A stretch of 52,110 nucleotides of DNA from Macrostomum lignano (lineage: Eukaryota). The translations under genes and the position numbers were made by a program. The stretch covers positions 1-52,110 of the forward strand of contig NIVC01003242.1 in assembly GCA_002269645.1 (NCBI GenBank), read 5' to 3'. The notes under the pieces are model-generated. The model was not told where the DNA came from and did no database searches. It was given only the letters and a program-made list of their open reading frames with translations. Positions 1-10,800 of the stretch are shown piece by piece (position 1 is the stretch's first letter; each line of letters begins with the position of its first letter).

Positions 1-999
1 AACAACATAGTGTGCATACACACCTGGCATGTACTTTTTAGAATCACATAAAAGAGTTGCTATAAAAAAGATAGAAAAATTCACTTTTAAGCGTAAATTT
101 CAAGTTTTCTAGTTTTTAGCTTGTAATAAGACAGTCAAACAAATGTTTATACATATTAATTTTCCACTCTAAATAGTATTAGCAAGAAATATAAATAATC
201 AACCAAATTATCAGCCAAAAACATTTTTATAGAACTCAAAAAATGTCATTTATTGTTGCAACACTGGCCTAGACAAGTGTGGGCACTAGGCATGCATTTA
301 CTATGGGCTAGGGCCTAAGATAAGGGACGTTATCCTGAAGATTCCCGCAATTTAATTATAACCCCCACCCCCCATGGCACCACCCTTGAATAGGGGCAAA
401 ATAATTTGTAAAATAATTAAACGCAGGAATCTTCAAGATTGCCAGATAAGGATGGTCAGTTAAAAACTATAAGTTACTATAACTATTTATCATTCACTCT
501 TATTTTTACTCTTATATTTACAGTACAGCTTCTTAGAATCTGTTAACGTCAAAGTAGTGGCTCTAAATTTTGGCAATAAGATGGCCGCCATCTCTATTGC
601 TGAATGGATTCTATATTAGTGACATGGCCACCTTCTATGTCTTTAAGTTTGAACCCATTCAAATATTCAATGCTAACGACACGGCCGCTGGCGATGTGCA
701 GGGTTCCCACTCTCGAGTGTGACACAACGGAAACGGCCGCCGTCTGTAAGTTTTTGCATTATAGACACGGCCACCGTGTATTTAAGCGTGGCCTTTGTTT
801 TATATGTTGACCGTAGAAATAGTGTCATTTTGACGATTAATACGGTCACATTACAATAACAACTGCCAATTAAAAAACGAAAATTCCCTAGGCAGGCTAG
901 GCTAAGCTGTCCATAATATGTCATGACAGATAAGACAGAACCCAAATATGCTCAAAATGTGAATCATTACTAGTTTCCACCGCAAAATGCGATACTTAC

Positions 1000-1081
1000 T
1001 TGTCGTGCACCCTGTACAGTAGATTGTAGGAGGATTTTCTTTACACCTAGAACACTTCATGTTCTCTCTGTGGTGCAATAC
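1000..1081 (-). CDS. Candidate isolated exon encoding a B-box-like CxxC...CxxC motif (rest of gene not located)
   Basis: 82-nt segment with a strong acceptor (TTTTCATTTTCATTTTCTCAG|) and a GTAAGT donor. It reads VLHHRENMKCSRCKENPPTIYCTGCTT (C-x2-C-x8-C-x2-C). No partner exon was identified. Confidence 0.3.
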
Positions 1082-2057
1082 CTGAGAAAATGAAAATGAA
1101 AACAAGCCTAGTTTTAAATAAAAATTTTATGTATATAAACAAAATGTGTACAATTTAGTGTAAATATATTGGGAAAGTTTAATTAACTACTTCTCTTGCT
1201 TACCACATCTTAAAAAATTGATAGAAAATTGCGCAGTGTAAATGTTCATGTTAATAAAAAACAAGATTCAAAAGCCGTTGGATGTCCACGACAGGGTTTG
1301 AAGTATTGAAGAGTGAAGACTATCAAAACACGCGCTTCTGATTGCGGATTATTTATTTGTACAATCCTTGCCGATCGATCTAAAAACGCGAGAGAGACAC
1401 AAGAATTTTATACGACCCACAGCTTCACTACACTGTAAATTTGACTGAGTCTTGATTGCTTTCCATTTCAAATTTATTCTTCAAAATTTAAATTCATACT
1501 GTATTGAATACTGTATTGAATACTGTATTGATTAATTGAGAGAGAAACCAACTGAGAGACCAACACTGTATCGCGTCACTCACTGTGCGCGGGCCCAATT
1601 TGCTACATGAACAACCGCGTGGTAGAATCAAACTATATATATAACTGTACATGTAGTGTGCTAGAAAAACTACTAAACTCTGAGATTAACTTCAGGCTTC
1701 ATTCCAGTCTCTAAATTGGCATCCCCTTTCGGAGAACATGTATGTACACATAACTTATTGTATAAGTTAGAGATTAGTAGGTATCCGTCTGTATCTTAAT
1801 ATATACATGTATGTACAAAAAGAGAATTGCATGCAAGTTTGATTTAACTCCTCGAGTGTTTGATAGCAGACAGAAAAGAGTTCGGTGTATTTGTCGACGT
1901 CGTAATTTTTCCATTAAATCAAACCAAACAAAATACATCAGTAAAATTTATCCAGCACAACTAGACGACATAGAATCAGCCATGCCAGTATTTTAATCTC
2001 CCAATTAGTACGAGCACAGCACTATACTACTGCATGCTACTACTGTTTGAACTGACA

Positions 2058-2926
2058 TCAGTAGCCTTTGCAGAACACTCTGGCATCGCACATGCGTCTG
2101 CAACAAAGCGACATGGCCACGTGCGCGTGAATTCCTCGTTTAATTATTGTCGCCTCATCCGGCAGGTCGTAGTCGTCTAGAAGCTCGTCAGTTGATTTCT
2201 CGCTAGTAGGATTGCCGGATCTCTTTTTCCAAGGTGGCGGAGCGCTTAGCGGCAGATATCCCTGAGCCGGATCGATGTAGCCGTCTTTGATTCCGAAGCT
2301 CTCCAGGTGTTTGATTGACCGGCAGAGCCAGTCTATCATGACGGGACTGGCCGGACCGCAATAAAGGAATTTGCCTTTATGCTGTGACTCAGCGCTGGTT
2401 TGACAGCAGCTGATAGACATGACCATCAGACTCAGCAGGAGCGCAAGGCCTTGGCTCTTCCGTCCGGATAGAAGGTTTACTAAAACAAAGGATATAAAAC
2501 GTTACATGAGCGTATACAACAATGAGAAGTGAGTGCCGGTCTTAAGAAGCAAAGCCAGGAGGGCAAAAAATGGAAAGTTGAATGAAGTATGATAATCATT
2601 ACAGTGAAGGGTTCACATTCTGAAAGTAGAGCTACAATTTTGAGAAATCTAAAGTCAATAACTGGGGAAAAGTAGCTATTTAGTGGCTAACACGTCCTGA
2701 ATGCATTGGCATTGGCGGAATGAGCATGATTTACCGATAGCCCCTTCACTTGGCTGTGGGTCAACCTGTAGAAGTATCAGAAGCCCTCCTGCAAAACGAA
2801 TTACAATTCAGCGACACAGCAACATAACATTGGCACGCTGTAGCAAAGCGTCTCAATTTCTACCTACTAAAAATTAATGACGCGAAAATGTACATGTCAG
2901 GTGAACAAAAACTTACCGTTACCCAT
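2058..2926 (-). CDS. Insulin/relaxin-like prepropeptide (143 aa, 2 coding exons)
   Basis: Exon 1 is 2926-2917 (ATG GGT AAC G|GTAAGT) and exon 2 is 2479-2058 (TTTTAG|TA AAC). The phase matches and the CDS is 432 nt. Protein: MGNVNLLSGRKSQGLALLLSLMVMSISCCQTSA (signal-like), B chain ...FLYCGPASPVMIDWLC (CG, C-x11-C as in insulin B), KKR, acidic C-peptide, KR, A chain GIHAHVAMSLCCRRMCDARVFCKGY. Confidence 0.85.
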
Positions 2927-4829
2927 GACAAATGCTCGTTCGCGGCTCAAAAAACTCTTAAATCTACTATTTAGGAAGCTGAGAATTTCCAACTGGCAGC
3001 GACTGTGCGCTCGGCTACGAAGCGCTTAAATATACGCTTCAACGCTTCATCCGATCTTAGTCCAGATGTTCCACATCAATACGTTTCTCATCTTGATTCC
3101 AGATGCCTTCTATCATCCATGAGAATTCGCTGAGGCTTCTCAAAAGATTGCGAATCGGGTTACTGCGCGGCTAAACGCGTTATGTCGACAAAAATTGTGA
3201 AATAAAAATACTTGGATTAAGCGCACAGTGCTAAAGATTTTCTTACTAGATTACCGTCTGGGACAGCGTCAAAAGGCGGGAACAGAACATTTTCTTTAGA
3301 GAATAAAGAAAATTAGAAAATTCTGCGAGTCGATGCTTAATTTTCCTGTCCGCCAGTTGAAAATTCTAAGAATCGAAGAATGAGCCATATTTGGAACGAT
3401 TAAAATCATAGCTGTCATCATGACTCTTGCATGGGGTCACGCAAGTCTGCCCTTAACACTAGAACTACCAAGAGGGGGGCCCTGACAATGTTTTTTTGCT
3501 GCGCCGGACTGAATACACTGGCGCTTATGGGAAAAATCCGACCTTCTGGCAAAATTGTCGAATATCTCGACGGTCCGAAGGGCTGGCAAATTGATTCTTG
3601 TTCGAAAAGGGGCGCAACTAAAAGTTAGCCTGTGTTCTTGAATTTCGTGTGCCTGCGTTGCTCCGTTCCGGCTCAGCAAAAAAATTGTCAGGGGGGATTC
3701 CCCCACTCTTGGTAGTTCGACGGGCGCAAAAATGGCTTGGTATTCCTACAGTCAATATAAGCGAGCAGAGACGGAAACAGGCGCAAACCAAGCACCAGGG
3801 TTTTGCTAAGAGGCGCCAGCACCGCCGCATTGCCCAGGAGCGCCAGCGCAAGGAACGCCAGCGCTAGGGGCACCAGAACCTTGTATGTCTCCCAAATAGC
3901 TTGTTGTGATTGTATAATTTTATTCTCTGGATAAAGCATTTCAGTTCAAGATATTGGGCCGTATGCAGAAAGCTCTGTCTAGGGTAGTCCGGTCTTGAAA
4001 AGCTAGTCTGGACTTGGATTTGATATGCAGAAACGCAAAGTCAGACCGGTCTACTATAGACAGAACTAGGGTAGCTAGACCATAGACTATAGACTGAACT
4101 ACCCAAGCCCGGACTAGCTAGTCTGGACTAAGCTTTCTGCATACGGCCCATTGACTATGTAGCTCTGGATTATCGGTAATCCATAATCTATATTTACGAT
4201 AGATTGAAATCTATGGAAAGAGGTAGATTCATGCCCGTTGCCAATGGTATGCGCTGCAGGATGTTGCAAGTCTGTATAAAAAATATGTTCCTGACATTTG
4301 GACAAGCGCTTGTGAAATTCAATGTAAATTCAAAAAATTATCTTAATATTTATAGCGAAAGTGGGTGCTTGGAAAATTGATTTTAATATTGATATTTTAT
4401 TCGCCGTGTTATCGCCTTGATTAGTATCCCTGAAAATTAACTTTGAAGGTATTGCTTAATCAAAAGCATAGGATTTACGTCAAAAATAAACAGATACATA
4501 CATTTTCTATAGGCACATACTAGCTAATAATTTTTATCCAAGTTTGATGAGACGCATCGGAGGCATTTGCTTTATGGCGATAATCGTTCATTATAGATAA
4601 TCAGAAGAATGAAAAACTGTTGTTGGGAATCAGCGAGCTACAGGGCTAATGGATGATAATCATGCAGTGTAGTGTCGATAATAAATTAATGGTTCCCGTA
4701 AATAGCTGCTAAAACGTACATGTAATCATGACTACTGTGAATATACTAGTCCTTCCTTCACATGGAAATCCACCGATCAATCCAGCTTGATTCGAGGGCT
4801 GCCATTCCGATCAGCTGACTGTCTGCCTG

Positions 4830-7800
4830 TCAGTTGGGGTTGTCGACCACCAGCACGGCCTCGCCGTCCTTGTCGATGCACTGGCAGTTTTCTCTCTCCT
4901 CGCCGTCGATATTTCTGCAGCGAAACGGCGCCGCGCCAATCGGCTTGCAGCTGAAGTCGGCAGCCACGCATTCTGGAATGGGCGAGTGGTGGACTGCCTA
5001 GCAACTGGATTGTTGCGGAGCTGGCCGGGTGCAGTGACTGAGGGAGGGCTGGCAGACATGCAGTGACTGAGGGAGGGCTGGCAGACATGCAGTGACTGAG
5101 AGAGGGCTGGCAGACATGCAGTGACTGAGGAAGGGCTGACAGACATGCAGTGACTGAGAGAGGGCTGACAGACATGCAGTGACTGAGGGAGGGCTGGCAG
5201 ACAGGCAGTGACTGAGGGAGGGCTGGCAGACAGGCAGTGATTGAGGGAGGGCTGGCAGACATGCAGTGACTGAGGGAGGGCTGGCAGACATGCGGTGACT
5301 GAGGGAGGGCTGGCAGACATGCAGTGACTGAGGGAGGGCTGGAAGACATGCAGTGACTGAGGGAGGGCTGGCAGACATGCAGTGACTGAGGGAGGGCTGG
5401 CAGACATGCAGTGACTGACGGAGGCCTGACAGACATGCAGTGACTGAGAGAGGGCTGGCAGACATGCAGTGACTGAGGGAGGGCTGGCAGACATGCAGTG
5501 ACTGAGGTGACTTGGAGCGGCGCTGGAAGGGACGAAGAGCTGTGCTCAGACACTTACTCTTAACTGAGGTTGGCAGGATTGTATTGCCGCTGGAGTCGCA
5601 GCGGAAGTCGTGGCACATGTTGGTCCAAGACTCGCCTTCCAGGTGGTCGCTGCCGTCAATCGGGTCGACGCAGGTGGCCTCTAAAAGTTTGGTTCGCATT
5701 AAGTGCATTTTGTAAGCTCAACTGAGCATGGTGCACTGAATATTTGAGTATTATTCTCCAGCAGTCCTATGACGGCTGGCGTTTGAGGCTACGGTGTCTT
5801 TTCATCGAGAGTCTTTCTTTGGGACTTAAAAGCAAACGATGAAAAAACTTTTGATTAAACCGTGAAATTCTTGGGCAACTCTTGAGCAACTCTCAAGTCT
5901 CAAGCTTTCAGGAAAATTGCACGTAGTATACTAGTATATCTGCATTATTGGTATTAAAGAGCATCACAATACACATGAAATATATAAAAATGAGAAAATG
6001 CAACTTACTGCAACCATTACTTATTTCGTTTTTAAGATGCTTGATGCACGTTTTAACGGTGTCGTACTTGAAGTTTACAGTAGTGGTTTGCATTTTTTCA
6101 GACAGACACGGCGAGATGGACTTGATCTGAACATCAGCTTCGCACAACTTCGGATTTGGCGGCCTCAACTCCATGCAAAGCCGAGCTGAGAAATTTAAAG
6201 CCCAATGCCTTAGCTGATCAAATTTGTTGAAAATGAAGAGGTTTCTGTCGGACTCTGGCGAGGTGATCATCTTCAGCTCGTCACTGTAGTTGCAGGATGT
6301 TGTGTAGTTGCTATGAGCACGGCACACTTATCGCATTTATAAAATAAATCAAAGGCGCACGGGGAGGGCCATAAACAAAGAAGTACAAAGTACAAGTACA
6401 CAACACTGAATAGTCAGGGCTCATAGAGGTGGGATATGTGAAATTCTGAGTCTTTAGTCTCATAGAGAATCGCTGACATACCAAAACTTAACGTGCTGAT
6501 TGCTGAACTTTTTTGGCTCATGGAAGAATGACTAAACTGCTGTGACTTTCAGCAGGTTTAGAGTTAGTGCTTAGGATAGGGGTATTAGGCTCAGGGTTAG
6601 GGTTCAACCTTAAGAGAATCACCCTGCTAATCATTAAATGTTTATAGAGGAATCGCTCTATAATCATAGATACTCATAGGCTCATGAAGGAAATCGCTTG
6701 AACTCTGCGGCTTAGGGGAATTGTTCACATGCTGAGGCTCATGGAAGGATTGCTGATATCCTAAACCCCCCTCGAACCACCCCCCCCCCGGAAAGCTAGC
6801 CCCCTAATTGTATTGGTTCGTGAGAAGATCGCTGAAATGCCAAAGCTCATTGGGGAGTGGCTTAAATCCTTTGGCTCATGGGGGTTTCACAGATGCTTTG
6901 AGCCAAAGCTCATAGGGGATCTGATATCTTAGTCTGGACAGTTGTCTTAATAACTTAATGATTGAAGGCTTTAAAAATTAATGTGGGGCGCAGATTTCTA
7001 GTTCAGTGCTAAATTTACCCCTTCATTGGAGCAAAGGAGAGTTGTCTTATATATTTATAAGTCCACTACAAACAGGTGTCCTTGGTGTGAAATAATAACT
7101 CACTTCATACTGCTTTAAACTTTTCATACGCATTTTAAAGCAGTATAGAAATAAGACATATAAAGTGGCTCGCTGGTTCACGTCAAATTGGCTGTCGACT
7201 ACTGTGCCATAAAGAGTGACACCGTGGTATTTAATATTTTTACATGTATATGATTTGTATACTTTTCAGCCAACCATTGGTGCTAATATCTTCTATCTAA
7301 TTTAAAGAACAAACTAAAAATTAGATCTTAACAAAGAGGCTCACAAATCTAAGTCGTCCGGGTCGCCGACTCCTACCGCATACAGCGTAACATTGTCGTT
7401 TTTTATATCCGACACTGCTTGAAACAGTACTTTGGCGTCGTTGCTCCCACCATCCGTGATGATAACGACGGCTTTGAAAACGTTTCTTCGGCCTTTTGAG
7501 TTAAAAAGCTTCTTGACTTCTTTGAGGGCGGAACCAGTGTTCGTGCCCCGAAACTCATACTTATCTAAAGTCTTGCTTTCGTCAACCTTTCTTATAATTT
7601 CGAAGACGTCGAACTCATCGCCAAGGTTTACAAGCATTTCTAGCAGATCCCTCACATGCGTTTTTGATCCTGAGTAAGACAAATAGCCATTGAAGGATAG
7701 CACGCCAATCCGAACATTTCTCTCTCCAATGTTTAGCGACCGGATTATTGCCTTCGCTGAGTCCACAACAGTGCTGTAGTGACTAAGAATGCTACCAGAT

Positions 7801-10800
7801 TTATCCAGCATTATCACCACATCTGCGACTTGATCTTTGCACTCGCTTGCTCTGACTGGAAAATAGACATCCTTGCAGACTGACTGACTGACTGACTGAC
7901 TGACTGACTGACTGACTGACTGACTGACTGACTGACTGACTGACTGACTGACTGACTGACTGACTGACTGACTGACTGACTGACTGACTGACTTGAGTGA
8001 GTGACTGGCTGACTGACTGACTGACTGACTGACTGACTGACTGACTGACTGACTGACTGACTGACTGACTGACTGACTGACTGACTGACTGACTGACTGA
8101 CTGACTGACTGACTGACTGACTGACTGACTGACTGACTGACTGACTGACTGACTGACTGACTGACTGTGACTGACTGACTGACTGACTGACTGACTGACT
8201 GACTGACTGACTGACTGACTGACTTGAGTGAGTGACTGACTGACTGACTGACTGACTGACTGACTGACTGACTGACTGACTGACTGACTGACTGACTGAC
8301 TGACTGACTGACTGACTGACTGACTGACTGACTGACTGACTGACTGACTGACTGACTGACTGACTGACTGACTGACTGACTGACTGACTGACTGACTGAC
8401 TGACTGACCTGAGTGAGTGAGTGAGTGAGTGACTGACTGACTGACTGACTGACTGACTGACTGACTGACTGACTGACTGACTGACTGACTGACTGACTGA
8501 CTGACTGACTGACTGACTGACTGACTGACTGACTGACTGACTGACTGAGTGACTGACTGACTGACTGACTGACTGACTGACTGACTGACTGACTGACTGA
8601 CTGACTTGAGTGAGTGACTGACTGACTGACTGACTGACTGACTGACTGACTGACTGACTGACTGACTGACTGACTGACTGACTGACTGACTGACTGACTG
8701 ACTGACTGACTGACTGACTGACTGACTGACTGACTGACTGACTGACTGACTGACTGACTGACTGACTGACTGCTAATTGACGAATGAGTGACTGACTGGC
8801 TGACTGACTGGCATTAGTTGGAAGAACAGGAAACTCACAGCAATTCACTTTGTGCTTCTCCTCATATGTCACGCACGACTGTTTCTTTCGGTCGAGAAAC
8901 TGCAGCGTCTCAACGATTTCCGAATTGCCGTCAGCTTGGCATGAGCCAATGCTTCGCTCCATCTTGTAGCAGGAATGTTTCTCGGCTGCAAGTGTTTGCT
9001 GGTGTACTTTACTCCAGTGTTGCCTTATTGTATATAAATTGATTATATATATGACTTTATTTGAACATCAATGATTGTAAATAGATGAAAGTGAAAGTAG
9101 ATATGCAATTAGTGGTTTGGTATGGTATAGTTGAGGTAGGTGCGCTGTGTGGGTGGGAACACCGCAAGATTAGGGTGGGGGCGTGAATTTAGGGGCACCG
9201 TGAGGGCAGCGGTACTGTGTGGGCTGTCACAGGTCGCTGTGGTGTTTTAAAAGTACTGTACGCTAGTACTGTACTGTACGCTCTATCTTGCTGCAGGACT
9301 GCTTCTCGACTGGAAACGGCAAATGTTTAGATAATGTTTTTACCTGGTTTTGGAGCAGTCTTAGTGAAGAATGAATTTCGTTGTGAGCTTACTGGAAGCA
9401 TTACGAGCGTAGTGCAATTTAAAGAGTTACAAGTAATATCAGGTGTTGCATATCATAGCAACGTGTTTCTCGGGATTATTCGCAGATCAAGAATATTCGC
9501 TAGGACATCAGCCTAACGCTGTAAACTTTACATTCGCTACATCTCGCCGTAGTTTAGGGCCAAATGAGTTTCAACTCATTACTACACTACTGTACGCTCG
9601 AGTTCTATGTTTTATCCCGAGGTAAAAAAAACACATGCATGCTGCTTTCTGTTCTGGACTGACCTGACCCCGTAGCTTTCTTCTCTCATCCCACCTTGAA
9701 AAGCAATGTTTTACTAGTGATTTATAACCAGTGGTCGACTGTTAAGAGCTTCTAAATAGCAGCTACGCAAAATAAGCACGTTACCGTAAAATTTTAACCA
9801 GTGCTTCTTTAAATTGAGTTTCATCAGACCACAGGTGTCCAATTGCTAGTGGGACAAATTAGCTCGTGGCTAAGAATAAACTAACACTTAAGATTGTAAC
9901 AAAGTGCCACTGGACTGATCTGAGGTTGCTTGAGGGTGTAGGGTTGCGTGGGAACGTTGACTTTGCTTAAGTAGCTCGTATATGCACATCATTAATTGTT
10001 CTTCCTCGCGTGTACGTGTATCGTGTGTACTAATGTACGTCGTGCCTATTAAATATATATACGCGTGCGCTAACTAGCAGTCGCTCAAGTTTTTCTCGAG
10101 AAGTTCTAACTTACTCAACCAGTGGAGTCCGCGTGAGTTATTACAGAGATAAAGTTTACAACAGGCGGACAGTAAAAGTTGTAATCGATCGATGGTGAAC
10201 CTAGGCAAGGGCCAAACTGGAGGGCCAGGAGAGCGCCAAAGTGGAAAGTCGGGAGATGGTGAACCTAGGCAAGTGCCAAACTGGAGGGCCAGGAGAGCGC
10301 CAAAGTGGAAAGTCGGGAGAGGGTGAACCTAGGCAAGGGCCAAACTGGAGGGCCAGGAGAGCGCCAAAGTGGAAAGTCGGGAGATGGTGAACCTAGGCAA
10401 GGGCCAAACTGGAGGGCCAGGAGAGCGCCAAAGTGGAAAGTCGGGAGATGGTGAACCTAGGCAAGGGCCAAACTGGAGGGCCAGGAGAGCGCCAAAGTGG
10501 AATATCGGGAGATGGTGAACCTAGGCAATGGCCAAACTGGAGGGCCAGGAGAGCGCCAAAGTGGAAAGTCGGGAGATGGTGAACCTAGGCAAGGGCCAAA
10601 CTGGAGGGCCAGGAGAGCTCGCCAAAGTGGAAAGTCGGGAGAGGGTGAACCTAGACAAGGGCTGTCGCCCACCAAGGCCATTAGGCCATAAGTTTCGGTA
10701 CAGCGCTCGGGAAGAGATTCTCGCGCGTTCAGCCAGTCGGAACAGTAAACGTGCTTATTTGTAGCTGATTCAGTGGATAGATGACATTCTGATGTTACAA

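Noticed and set aside
3431-3939. Cluster of short ORFs; TTAACACTAGAACTACC resembles a piggyBac-type end
   Set aside because: No recognisable domain, no matching second TIR in the window and no splice-supported structure.
4998-5000. In-frame TAG suggesting read-through or a variant genetic code
   Set aside because: It lies inside intron 6, 25 nt before the acceptor. All spliced CDSs are open in the standard code.
5030-5508. CRISPR-like appearance of the 29-bp (and 64-bp) direct repeats
   Set aside because: The units are head-to-tail with no unique spacers, there are no cas genes, and the context is eukaryotic introns.
4777-5553. Long Ser/Pro/Cys/His-repeat ORFs (also 25755-26525 and 25792-26466)
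   Set aside because: They are translations of the intronic 29-bp minisatellite; GT-AG sites give a cleaner Cys-rich spliced product.
5690-5880. Possible extra exon in intron 5, partly conserved between A and B
   Set aside because: It has stops or a frameshift between copies, and exon 5 joins exon 6 in phase without it.
7814-8962. 382-aa (SQSV)n mucin-like ORF
   Set aside because: It is a (GACT)n intron; a GTGAGT donor precedes it and the frame does not join VWA2 in copy A.
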